A stretch of 64,000 bases of DNA from Kiritimatiellia bacterium (GTDB lineage: Bacteria; Verrucomicrobiota; Kiritimatiellia; RFP12; UBA1067): positions 1,862 through 65,861 of the forward strand of contig JAFRSR010000142.1 of assembly GCA_017427485.1 (NCBI GenBank), in the 5' to 3' direction. Below are positions 1 to 9,000 of the stretch, piece by piece. Under the pieces are notes generated by a model. The model saw only the letters and a program-made list of their open reading frames with translations, made no database searches and was not told the origin of the DNA. The translations under genes were made by a program, and so were the position numbers. Within the stretch, counting starts at the first letter, position 1, and every line of letters starts with the position of its first letter.

Positions 1-852
1 GACCAAGGACGGGCCCTCTTCACCCGCAAGCAGCTCCGCGTGGTGGCCGACGCGCCCATCGAATACATGAAGGACCGCGACCCGAAGCCGTATGCGGGGA
101 AGGTGCTGGCCTGTCCGTTCCTTTCGGAGCACGACGTCGAGGGGTTCCTCGCGCTCGCTGCGAAGAAGGACCCGTCGCTCGCGGACCCCGATCTGCAGCG
201 GCGGCTCAAGAACATCTTCATGGGCGTCTCGCGCAACGGGAAGACCGTCTGCCACGGCATGTTGCCGGGCGCGTTCTTCGGGTTCAAGCGGGGACGCGAC
301 TTCGAATGCAAGGGCGGTTCACTCGGGACTCTAAGGCGCCGGCGGCTGGGCGTCGACAAGGCCATGACCTGGGACGAATACGACGAGGAGGTCGCGCGCA
401 ACGGAAGCCTCCTAAACGCCTGCTCCACCGATTTGAGCGCCTTCCGCGACCGAGGCGGGAAGCTGATCGTCCTGTGCGGCTGGGAGGACCAGACGACGCC
501 GAGTCCGGAGACCGTGGCCTGGTACGAGATGCTCGCCGAACGGAACGGCGGCTACGGCAAGACCGGCGAGTTCTGCCGTCTTTTCGCCTTGCCCGGCCAT
601 GCGCACGGCGGTGGGAAGGGGCGCATCAGCACGGCGGGCGGCTACACGATCAAGCACCTTGACCTGCTTCGCAAGTGGGTCGAGGAGGGGAAGGCGCCGG
701 ATACTTATCCGCAGCTGTGGAGGGAGATGAACCTGACGATTCCCAATCCGCCGTATCCGTTCATGTGCTACCAGGACAACAGCGGCAACTGGAAGACGAA
801 GCGGTATCCCGAGGGCATGGTGCGTCGTCCCGATCCTGCGTACATGCCGTGA
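1..852 (+). CDS. tannase/feruloyl-esterase-family alpha/beta hydrolase, C-terminal part (5' end lies off the window)
   Basis: Frame 1 is open from base 1, so the listed GTG at 40 is internal. The C-terminal block GGKLIVLCGWEDQTTPSPETVAWY...FCRLFALPGHAHGGGKG has the layout of the tannase/feruloyl esterase family C-terminus. GC3 bias is strong. Confidence 0.5.
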   Translation, partial: DQGRALFTRKQLRVVADAPIEYMKDRDPKPYAGKVLACPFLSEHDVEGFLALAAKKDPSLADPDLQRRLKNIFMGVSRNGKTVCHGMLPGAFFGFKRGRDFECKGGSLGTLRRRRLGVDKAMTWDEYDEEVARNGSLLNACSTDLSAFRDRGGKLIVLCGWEDQTTPSPETVAWYEMLAERNGGYGKTGEFCRLFALPGHAHGGGKGRISTAGGYTIKHLDLLRKWVEEGKAPDTYPQLWREMNLTIPNPPYPFMCYQDNSGNWKTKRYPEGMVRRPDPAYMP

Positions 853-863
853 GCGCGGGAGTG

Positions 864-950
864 GTCGCGCGTGTCGCCTGTCAGGCAAGGCTGGATTTCG
901 ACGCGCGACATGCGACATGCGACACGCGCGACCGACATGCGACACGCGAC
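864..950. repeat. TGTCGC-type heptad repeat hairpin, possibly a terminator for the upstream gene
   Basis: Left arm gtcgcgcgtgtcgcctgtc (864-882) pairs with right arm gacatgcgacacgcgcgac (914-932) at 18 of 19 positions. A further gacatgcgacacgcgac copy runs to 950. The element starts 12 nt after the stop at 850-852. Confidence 0.65.
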
Positions 951-1160
951 GGAATTGTAACGGTTCTGTTACATTTCTTAGACAATCTTTTGACAGTTTC
1001 ACATCTAGGAATTAGCGCTGAAAGGTGCTATTCTTTTCGCGTGACGTGCCCGTAGGTGCGCTCCGAGCGGTTCGGGGTGCGCGGGCGCACGAAATTGGCG
1101 ATAGCGCGAGGAGTCAAGAGGCGATGAAAATAGTCGTGCAGAAGTGGAATCGGATGTGCT

Positions 1161-1223
1161 CCACGCGCATGTCGCAAGGTCGAAATGTCGCCGCGCCTGT
1201 CGCCTGTCGCGTGTCGCTTGTCA
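1161..1223 (+). repeat. 63-nt direct repeat, copy A, flanking the four-helix-bundle gene (TGTCGC heptad family)
   Basis: ccacgcgcatgtcgcaaggtcgaaatgtcgccgcgcctgtcgcctgtcgcgtgtcgcttgtca is identical at 60 of 63 positions to 2075-2137. Confidence 0.9.
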
Positions 1224-1263
1224 AAAACAACATCTCAAAAGCAAAGCAAAAGGAGTCTATGAA

Positions 1264-2058
1264 ATGACCACAAACGCCCCATCCCTTGCACCGAACGGTC
1301 CTACGCCGATTATCGGAAAGTCAGGCGGTTTTCGTAAAACACTTTCCTTCGGGCTGACTTGCCTCGTGTATTACGCCACGGAGCTTTTCTGCCGCAGAAA
1401 CTTTAACCTCAAGAGTGACCCTCTCGGCAAGACATTTGGCCAGATGATTGGTGCAGCGAGAAGCGCGAAGCAGAATATCGTGGAGGGATCGGCGCGTGCC
1501 GGAACGAGTCGCGAGACGGAACTGCGTCTTTATGATGTCGCGAAGGGTTCTCTCGAGGAACTGGCCGGAGACTATGAGGATTTCTTGATCGTACGGGGCG
1601 AGGTGCCGTGGAGTGAGAAAGATCCAAAGGCCATCAAGGCGCGTAACATTGCGTTTGACGAATTCACGGCACACGACGACTTGAGGCATAATTTCGGAGT
1701 CCATTTGATGTCGATGCGCAAGCGCTTTGCGTCCGCACTTGAAAATGAGGATCCAGTAGTCGCAGCGAATGCACTTCTGGTGATAATCGACAGGGCCTGT
1801 TCGCTGTTGAGGCGGCAGATGGATCGTCTCGGCGAAACATTTCGCGAGCAGGGAGGTTTTACAGAGCATCTCACAAAGGTCCGGTTGGAGCACCGCAACG
1901 AAACACTCGCCAAGGACCCTGATGCGCCGAAGTGCCCGAAGTGCGGCGGGCCGATGCGAAAGGTGATGGCCAAGAAGGGGGCGAATGCCGGGAATCCGTT
2001 CTGGAGCTGCGCGGCGTACCCCAATTGCAACGGAACGCGGAACTGGAGTTGGAAGTGA
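1264..2058 (+). CDS. four-helix-bundle protein (23S rRNA intervening-sequence protein family) with a C-terminal topoisomerase-type C4 zinc ribbon
   Basis: ATG 1264 lies 8 nt after the SD aaaggag (1249-1255); the listed start at 1144 lies in or upstream of the repeat. QMIGAARSAKQNIVEGSARAGTSRETELRLYDVAKGSLEEL matches the four-helix-bundle signature. CPKCGGPM...FWSCAAYPNCNG is a C4 zinc ribbon. The gene is visibly more A/T-rich than its flanks. Confidence 0.75.
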   Translation: MTTNAPSLAPNGPTPIIGKSGGFRKTLSFGLTCLVYYATELFCRRNFNLKSDPLGKTFGQMIGAARSAKQNIVEGSARAGTSRETELRLYDVAKGSLEELAGDYEDFLIVRGEVPWSEKDPKAIKARNIAFDEFTAHDDLRHNFGVHLMSMRKRFASALENEDPVVAANALLVIIDRACSLLRRQMDRLGETFREQGGFTEHLTKVRLEHRNETLAKDPDAPKCPKCGGPMRKVMAKKGANAGNPFWSCAAYPNCNGTRNWSWK

Positions 2059-2074
2059 CACGCGGCTGCTGCCC

Positions 2075-2137
2075 CCACGCGCATGTCGCACGGTCGAAAT
2101 GTCGCCGCGCTTGTCGCCTGTCGCTTGTCGCTTGTCA
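2075..2137 (+). repeat. 63-nt direct repeat, copy B
   Basis: ccacgcgcatgtcgcacggtcgaaatgtcgccgcgcttgtcgcctgtcgcttgtcgcttgtca. Its last 3 nt (tca, 2135-2137) are the reverse complement of the tilS stop codon. Confidence 0.9.
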
Positions 2138-3283
2138 GGAACCACTAACCAGCGTGAAGCGCCAGCTGGGGGCGGTCGCCGACTCGACGGCGACCGACCG
2201 CGCGATCCGGTAGCCGGGCACCCACAGTACCTCGCCGGTCGCGGCGTCGCAGATAAGGGGCAGGTTGGCGCGCACGGAAGGCGGTACCTTCGACGTCACG
2301 AACACATCCTGCAGCTTGCGGCTGTGTCCGTTGAGTCCGGTCGGCGCGATGCGGTCGCCCGCGCGCCAGCGGCGCACCTCGAGAGTGTGCCCCGCGAGCG
2401 CGGCGCGGCTCATCTCGCAGGTGGCGGGAAGCGAGCCGACGGCTTCGGCGCGGGGCGTGTAGCCGGTGGCGGGGGAGATGGTGAGGAGGAAGGGAGCGTG
2501 TTTGAAGCGGCGAGACGCCGCTTCCCCCAGGGGAGGGTCGCGCTTCAGCGCGACCGTCGGCGCGAGTGGCGCCGGGGAGTGAACGGACTTGAAGCGGCGA
2601 GACGCCGCTTCCCCCAGGGAAGGGTCGCCGCGGAGGATGGCGGCCGACTTGCAGAGGTGTTCGGTGATGAGCGGGTCGAGGTGTTCGCGCAGGAAGGGGA
2701 GGATCACGTGGCGCACCTTGTTGCGCAGGATGGACGTGTCGGCGTTCGTGGCGTCCTCGCGCCACGTGAGGCCGCGGCGGCGGAGGTAGGCGCGCAGGTC
2801 GGAATCGCGCAGGCCGAGAAGGGGGCGGATGAACGTGATGCCGTCCACGTGTGAGACTGGTTTGAGCCCGGCGAGTCCTTCTGGTCCCGCGCCGCGCGCC
2901 ATGCGCATGATGAACGTCTCGGCCACGTCGTCGGCGTGGTGTCCGGTGGCGATGGCGTCGAGTCCGAGCTTGCGCGTCATGCGCGCGAAGAACGCGAGGC
3001 GCGTGCGGCGCGCGGCCATTTCGAGCGACTCGCGCGGCCGTCGCCGGATGCGCGCGCGGAGCGTATGGCAGGGGAGGCCGAAGCGCGCGGCGAGCGCCTC
3101 CACGAAGCGTGCGTCGTCGTGCGAGTCGGGGCGCAGCCCATGGTCGACGTGCAGCACGACGGCGTCGAAGTCCAGCGCGTCGCGGAGGTCGGCGAGCGCG
3201 GCGAGAAGGGCCGTGGAATCGGCCCCGCCCGACACGGCGAGGCCGAGCGTCCAGGTTCGTGGTGTCTTTCGGCTTGTTGGCAT
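2135..3283 (-). CDS. tilS: tRNA(Ile)-lysidine synthase
   Basis: N-terminal PP-loop LAVSGGADSTALL. HHADD motif region. C-terminal TilS_C-like block RRWRAGDRIAPTGLNGHSRKLQDVF...PLICDAATGEVLWVPGYRIA. Confidence 0.85.
   Translation of the reverse strand: MPTSRKTPRTWTLGLAVSGGADSTALLAALADLRDALDFDAVVLHVDHGLRPDSHDDARFVEALAARFGLPCHTLRARIRRRPRESLEMAARRTRLAFFARMTRKLGLDAIATGHHADDVAETFIMRMARGAGPEGLAGLKPVSHVDGITFIRPLLGLRDSDLRAYLRRRGLTWREDATNADTSILRNKVRHVILPFLREHLDPLITEHLCKSAAILRGDPSLGEAASRRFKSVHSPAPLAPTVALKRDPPLGEAASRRFKHAPFLLTISPATGYTPRAEAVGSLPATCEMSRAALAGHTLEVRRWRAGDRIAPTGLNGHSRKLQDVFVTSKVPPSVRANLPLICDAATGEVLWVPGYRIARSVAVESATAPSWRFTLVSGS
2502..2628 (-). repeat. two 40-nt hairpin-element copies inside the tilS coding sequence
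   Basis: ttgaagcggcgagacgccgcttcccccagggGagggtcgc (2502-2541) and the same sequence with one G>A change (2589-2628). The offset is 87 nt, which is in frame. Stem gaagcggcg/cgccgcttc surrounds an aga loop. The copies encode the duplicated peptide LGEAASRRFK. Confidence 0.85.
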
Positions 3284-3289
3284 GTGCGC

Positions 3290-3298
3290 ATTATACCA
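3290..3298 (-). promoter_or_regulatory. extended -10 box (TGGTATAAT) for tilS, leaderless geometry
   Basis: The minus strand reads tggtataatgcgcacATG, with 6 nt between the box and the start codon and no SD sequence. Confidence 0.5.
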
Positions 3299-3325
3299 TT
3301 TCCGTTTGACCCCGTGGGGGATGTT

Positions 3326-3334
3326 TGGTAATCT
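3326..3334 (+). promoter_or_regulatory. extended -10-like box (TGGTAATCT) for thiE, leaderless geometry
   Basis: tggtaatct is followed by 8 nt and then ATG 3343. It is divergent from the tilS promoter. Confidence 0.4.
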
Positions 3335-3342
3335 ACTCGCCC

Positions 3343-3951
3343 ATGAAGGATTTCGGTTTCTATCTGGTGATCACCAATCCGGTGGTCGGCTACGCGCGTT
3401 GCGCCGAAGCGGCGGTGCGCGCGGGCGTGAAGATCGTCCAGCTGCGGATGAAGCACGCGGCGCGCGAGGACATCCTGCGCGAGGCGCGGGAGATGCGCCG
3501 CGTGACGCAGGGCACGGAGACGCTGTTTATCGTGAACGACGACCCCGCGCTCGCCGCGGAGGCGGAGGCGGACGGCGTGCACGTGGGGCAGGACGACATG
3601 TCCCCCGTCGAGGTGCGCGCAAAGTTCCCCCAGCTGAGGGTGGTTGGGCTCTCCACGCACAACCTCGACCAAGTGCGCACGTCGTGGGACCAGCCGATCG
3701 ACTACATTGGCGTGGGGCCGGTGTACGCGACGCCCACGAAGGATATCCCCGACCCGACGCTCGGGCCGGAGATGGCGGGGCGGATGATCGCCGCCGCGCG
3801 CGTGCCGGCCGTCGCGATCGGCGGCATCAACGCCGAGACGCTTCCCCCCGTGCTCGCGGCGGGCGCGCGCAACTTCGCGGTCGTGCGCGCCGTGTGCCAG
3901 TCGCCCGACCCCTATTCGGCCATTTGCAAGCTCCTCGAGATCCATGCTTGA
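3343..3951 (+). CDS. thiE: thiamine-phosphate synthase
   Basis: YLVITNP...[10 protein letters not shown]...VHVGQDD...[12 protein letters not shown]...VAIGGI are ThiE TIM-barrel motifs. ATG 3343 is preferred over the listed TTG at 3325. Confidence 0.8.
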   Translation: MKDFGFYLVITNPVVGYARCAEAAVRAGVKIVQLRMKHAAREDILREAREMRRVTQGTETLFIVNDDPALAAEAEADGVHVGQDDMSPVEVRAKFPQLRVVGLSTHNLDQVRTSWDQPIDYIGVGPVYATPTKDIPDPTLGPEMAGRMIAAARVPAVAIGGINAETLPPVLAAGARNFAVVRAVCQSPDPYSAICKLLEIHA

Positions 3952-5974
3952 TTTTCAGAACATATCCGTCCACTACGGGCTCCAGGATGTCCTCACGAAC
4001 GTCAGCTTCCGCGTGAACAAGGGCGAGCGCGTGGGCGTGGTGGGGCCCAACGGCTCAGGAAAGTCCACGCTTTTCAAGATCATCCTCGGCGAGCTCTCCA
4101 CGGACCACGGCGAGCTCGTGATCGAGGAGAGCCCCACGATCGGGTCCACGCGCCAGCACCCCGAGCCGGACACGCCGGACGAGACGCTCCTCGAGTACGC
4201 GATGCGGGGCGTGCCGGGGTTCTGCGAGCTCGAGGCGAAGATGAAGACGCTCGAGGCGCGTCTCGACGCGGGCGAGACGTCCGTGCTGAAGGAGTACGGC
4301 GAGGTGCAGACCGCGTTCGAGCACCTCGGCGGCTACGACCTCGAGACGCGCGTGAAGGTGGCTCTCGGCGGACTCGGCTTCGCCGTGGAGGAGTTCGCGA
4401 AGCCGTTCGCGTCGTTCTCCGGCGGCTGGCGCATGCGCGCCGAGCTTTCGCGCGTGCTCGCGAGCGAGCCGGACCTCCTCCTGCTCGACGAGCCGTCCAA
4501 CTACCTCGACCTCCCCGCCGTCGACTGGCTCCAGCGCTTCCTCAAGCTCTACAGCGGCACGCTCATGCTCATCTCGCACGACCGCTACCTGCTCAAGACG
4601 CTCACGAGCATCATCGTGGAGGTGGATGCCGGCACGTGCACGCGCTACGAAGGCGACCTCGACTGGTACCTGCGCGAGCGCGAGGTGCGCTACCAGCAGC
4701 TCGTCCAGGCGAAGGCGAACCAGGACCACCACCGCGAGCAGCTGCAGCGGTTCGTGGACCGCTTCCGCGCGCAGGCCACGAAGGCCGCGCAGGCGCAGAG
4801 CCGCCAGAAGCTCATCGACAAGATCGACGAGGAGCGCATCGTGCTCCCGAAGCGCTACTCGCGCCGCGGGCGCCTGCGCCTCGCCGAGCCGCCGCCCTCG
4901 GGCATCGAGATGTTCCGCTGCGAGAACATGTTCTTCTCCTACGACGGCGTGAAGAATGTGCTGCACGACGTGACCTTCAACATCGCGCGCGGCGACAAGG
5001 TGGCGGTGATCGGCTACAACGGCCTCGGCAAGACCACGCTCATGCGCATCATTGCGGGGACGCGTCAGCCGACCGCCGGGAAGGCCGTGCTCGGGCACAA
5101 CGTGGTGTGCGGCTACCTCAGCCAGGAGTTCGCCGAGACGATCCCGCCCGACCTCACCGTGTACCGCAACGCGAAGAACGCGATCCCGCCGGGGATGAAC
5201 GAGAAGAACTTCCGCAACCAGCTCGGCGCGTTCGGGTTCGACGAGAACGACGTGGAGAAGCCGGCGGGCGTGCTCTCGGGCGGCGAGAAGATCCGCCTCG
5301 CGTTTCTGCGCCTGTTCCTGCAGTGCCCCAATTTCCTCCTCCTCGACGAGCCCACCACGCACCTCGACCTCGACGGGCGCGCGCTCCTGCAGGACGCGCT
5401 CCAGAAGTACAAGGGGACGATCCTCCTCGTCTCGCACGATATCGAGTTCGTGCGCGCCGTCGCGACGTCCGTGATCGAGATCACGCGCGAGGAGGTGCGA
5501 ACCTACCCGGGCGGCTACGACTACTACTGCGAAAAGAAGGCGCAGCGCGAGGCCGCCGGTAGGGCGGGGCGTCTCGACCCGCCGAACGGTAGGGCGGGGC
5601 GTCTCGACCCGCCGAACGGTAGGGCGGGGCGTCTCGACCCGCCGACTACGGCGCGTCCGGAGGCCGCGCCCTACCAGAATCCAACATCCGCAGCCCCAAA
5701 ACTCACCTCCAAGGAGCTGCGGCAGCAGCGTGCCGCCGAGCGCGCGAAGCTCGCGCCGCGCGTGAAGGAGCTGAAGCGGCGCGTGGAGACGGCCGAGCGT
5801 AAGCTCGACGAGCTGCAGAAGGCGCTCGACACCGCCTCGGAGGAGCTCTTCAACCCGAAGCCCACCACCAACTTCGCCGAGGTCAACCGCCAGGTGCGTA
5901 CGATCCAGTTCGAGATCGACCGCTACACGGCGGACTGGGAGGCCGCCGCGACGGAGCTCGAACAGCTTTCGTGA
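3944..5974 (+). CDS. ABC-F family ATPase (two ABC cassettes, no transmembrane domain)
   Basis: Walker A motifs GPNGSGKST and GYNGLGKTT. ABC signatures LSGGWRMR and LSGGEKIR. Charged inter-domain linker and C-terminal coiled coil. Confidence 0.85.
   Translation: MLDFQNISVHYGLQDVLTNVSFRVNKGERVGVVGPNGSGKSTLFKIILGELSTDHGELVIEESPTIGSTRQHPEPDTPDETLLEYAMRGVPGFCELEAKMKTLEARLDAGETSVLKEYGEVQTAFEHLGGYDLETRVKVALGGLGFAVEEFAKPFASFSGGWRMRAELSRVLASEPDLLLLDEPSNYLDLPAVDWLQRFLKLYSGTLMLISHDRYLLKTLTSIIVEVDAGTCTRYEGDLDWYLREREVRYQQLVQAKANQDHHREQLQRFVDRFRAQATKAAQAQSRQKLIDKIDEERIVLPKRYSRRGRLRLAEPPPSGIEMFRCENMFFSYDGVKNVLHDVTFNIARGDKVAVIGYNGLGKTTLMRIIAGTRQPTAGKAVLGHNVVCGYLSQEFAETIPPDLTVYRNAKNAIPPGMNEKNFRNQLGAFGFDENDVEKPAGVLSGGEKIRLAFLRLFLQCPNFLLLDEPTTHLDLDGRALLQDALQKYKGTILLVSHDIEFVRAVATSVIEITREEVRTYPGGYDYYCEKKAQREAAGRAGRLDPPNGRAGRLDPPNGRAGRLDPPTTARPEAAPYQNPTSAAPKLTSKELRQQRAAERAKLAPRVKELKRRVETAERKLDELQKALDTASEELFNPKPTTNFAEVNRQVRTIQFEIDRYTADWEAAATELEQLS
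5559..5648 (+). repeat. near-perfect 3 x 30-nt tandem repeat inside the ABC-F coding sequence
   Basis: ggtagggcggggcgtctcgacccgccgaac occurs three times (the last unit ends ..gact). Each unit can fold with stem ggcggg/cccgcc. The array encodes GRAGRLDPPN three times. Confidence 0.95.
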
Positions 5975-5995
5975 TTGACAGTCGGGGCCGTGCCG

Positions 5996-6004
5996 TGCTA
6001 AACT
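5996..6004 (+). promoter_or_regulatory. extended -10-like box (TGCTAAACT), leaderless geometry
   Basis: tgctaaact is followed by 6 nt and then ATG 6011, with no SD sequence. Confidence 0.4.
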
Positions 6005-6010
6005 TACGGC

Positions 6011-9000
6011 ATGAAATCACATGTATTCCTCTTTCTTGTGGTTGTCGCGGCTTGCGCGACCCTTCCGGCGCGGGCGGCGCTGACGGTGACGGCGACGAAC
6101 GGCGTGGAGTCGCTCACGCTGACCTTCGACGCAGCGGCGGACGTACGCGAGCTGTGGTGCGCGTGGGACGACGCCGACAAGGGCGCGGGTTTCGCCGACT
6201 GGGCGGAGAGCGAGCGCGTGGCGATCGTCGCGGCCGACGAGACCGCGCTCACGGTGGCGCTCCCGAACGACGCACGGCGCGCGGCCTACGCGCGGTTCTT
6301 CCTCTTCGAAGGCGGCGCGTCGTACCCCTGCGCGTTCATCCGCGGCACCGGCACGCAGTACCTCAACACGGGTTATTTCGCGACGCCGAAAACCTCCATC
6401 GGCATGGAATTCGAGCTGGAGGACCTGTTTACGGTGCAGCAGATCGTCTTCGGCTCGGAGGGCTCGACGTCCATCGTGCGCGCGTACATCAACGGAAACG
6501 GACTCTGGGCGTGGGCGTTCATCGACGGCGCGACCGGCAACTGGAAGTCGAGCGACGTTCCGTTCGATCATCGGCGGACGCTCATCACGCTGGACGGCTA
6601 CAACGACCTCTATTCCATTTCCGTGGACGGCGTGGCCGTTCATAGCGAGGCGATCTCCGCTGCCGTCGCCGACACCAAGCGCACGGCGACGTGCGACGTG
6701 CCGATCTACCTGCTCGCCAGCCGGAATACGCAAGGCGGCGACGTGGGGCAGATCATGAAGGCGAAGTTCTACGGAGCGACGATCGATGAGGAGGGCGTGC
6801 GCCAGCACACCTACGTGCCGTACGTCTCCGCCGGCGTGGCGGGCGCATATGACAGTGTGGCGGACGCGTTTCTCGGCAACGTGGGCACGGGCGAGTTCGT
6901 GCCGGGCGGCCGCGGCGGCGACGTCTCGGGCGCGGAGGCGGGCGAGGCGCTCGACCTCGACGCGGTGCGGGGCGGCTCGGCCGGGCCGGAAACGGTCTAC
7001 GTGAACGTCGGCAAGACAAAGACGGTGGTCTTCGACGGACCGGCGACGATCGACTACAGGCTGGTGAAGATCGGCGAAGGCACGCTCGTCCTGGAGGGGA
7101 CGCGCACGTTCAACCATGACGTGATCATCTCCAACGGCATCCTGCGCGCGAACTGGGCGACGAGCGGCCTCGCCGGCACGCATCTGGGAATCTGCAACGC
7201 CGGCTCAAACGCCAATCTCTGCTATTTCCAGGAGACGAGCGACTCGTTTACGGCGTCGGTGGCGGCGAGCGGTCCGGGCACCGTGGAACTGTACGGCTAT
7301 TCGGGCGTCATTCCGTTCCAGCAGGACCTTACCGTCAATTTCGGCGGCGACGGGCGGACGGTCACGCGCGGCGCGAACGGGTTCAACACGACCAGCTTCT
7401 GGCTGACCCACAGCAGCTCGACGAACAGCACGACATTCGTGAACAACATCGACTTCGCGGGCCTGAACCTCGAGAGCAAGGGCAGCGGCAGCGGCACGGC
7501 GTTCTACACGGGGTACATTACGAACTCGACTTCCACGACGGCGGGCGTCTGGAACTTCTGGGGCGGCAATATTGTACTTGTAGGCTCGAACGGCGGACGG
7601 ACGAGAGACGTCTATGGTTATCAGGTCAACAACCATGCCTCGACGCTCATCTTCTCGAACGCGACTATCGAGGTCACGCACGACTTCCTCGCGGGCGCCG
7701 ACAACAACCAAGTGTCGCACACGACGCTCGTGAACTGCAGGCGGTACGCGCAATCGGCGAACTGGGACTTCATCTCCGGCGCAGCCGGCACCACGCTGGT
7801 GATCGACGGTGGCTCGTTCGAGCGTCCGAACGCTTACATGATCGTCGGTTATACGAGCAACAGAAAGGGAACGTGCACCGTCACGAACGATGCCGTTGTC
7901 TCGAGCCAACAGATCCGGACATACCCCGACGGATGCTTCCGTCAATGCGGAGGAACTTCCTCGTTCCTACGCCTGATTCAGTACGGCGGGCTTGTGGAGT
8001 TGCACGGCGGCCGGATGAACCTGACGTCGGGCGAACAGCATGTGGGGTCTTCCAGTCCGCAAGGTCCCTCGACTTTCGCGATGTACGGCGGCACGCTGTA
8101 TGTCTCGGACGGACAGAACATGCAGATCGGTTCCTACTCGAAGGGCTGGTTCCATCAGGAGGGCGGAGAAGTGTCCGTCCCGAACTATTTCGCCGTGGGC
8201 CGATACGCGGCCGGCGACGGGCGACTGGACGTCCACGGCGGCACGTTCACGCACCGTAACCAGGGTGCTATCCGCATCGGGGAGGACGGTACGGGCACGG
8301 TGTCAGTGGCGAACGGCGGCACGTTCGTCGATCTGGCCGGCAACTCGCCGATGTCCGCGAACGCCAAAGGCGTGGGCACGCTCTTCCTCTCGCCCGACGG
8401 CGTATTTGAGACGCCCCAGCTCAAGGCCGGAGCGGCCGGGCGCGACAACGGCGTCGTTTTCAACGGTGGCACCCTGAAGCTGCGGACGAACGGCTCGCCG
8501 AGCGCGTTTCTCGACTCGACGCTCACGCGCGTGACGGTATCGCCCTACGGCGGCGCAATCGACACGAACGGCAAGGGCGACTTCACGCTGAACCGCGCGC
8601 TGGGTCCGACGACGGACGCGGGCGACCTCTCGGAGGCGCTGGCGCACCGCTGGAGCTTCAAGGGCGGCTCGCTCGTGGACAGCGTCGGCGGCCTGACGGC
8701 GACGGTGGGCGGCACCGTGGACCTGGAGGACGGCGCGGTGCGTCTGAAGGGGACATCCCGAGGAACGAGCTGCGTCAACCTCGGCACGGACCTGCTGCCG
8801 ACGGACGGGCGCGGCGCGACGATCGAGGTGTGGGTGACGCCGCTTTCGTTCAAGAGCTGGGCACGCGTGATCGACTTCGGCCCGGGAAGCGAGGGCACCG
8901 GAAAGGACCTCTACTTCTCGTTCAACGACGGAAATAACACGGCAGAGGCCCGGGCTCACTTCCGCACCATCAATGCGACTCTTAACTGCTATATCCCGTC

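Noticed and set aside
40-852. Treating GTG 40 as the true start of the first gene
   Set aside because: The frame is open back to base 1, and tannase-family proteins are much longer than 270 aa. The gene is therefore truncated by the window edge.
1144-1263. Listed start at 1144 for the four-helix-bundle ORF (304 aa)
   Set aside because: The first 40 codons run through the 63-nt TGTCGC repeat and encode Arg/Cys-rich low-complexity sequence. An SD sequence at correct spacing supports ATG 1264, where the family homology begins.
1264-2058. Evidence for a 23S rRNA intervening sequence, since four-helix-bundle genes are typical IVS cargo
   Set aside because: No rRNA-like sequence flanks the gene. 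It sits between a hydrolase gene and tilS.
5570-5576. The GTCTC/GAGAC core of the hairpin loops as a restriction-modification target (it equals a known type IIS recognition sequence)
   Set aside because: This is only a coincidence of a 5-mer. No restriction-modification genes are present in the window, and there is no way to test it from the sequence alone.
5559-5648. Possible CRISPR array, given 30-nt perfect repeats
   Set aside because: The repeats are directly adjacent with no spacers. They lie in frame inside an ABC-F gene, and no cas genes are nearby.
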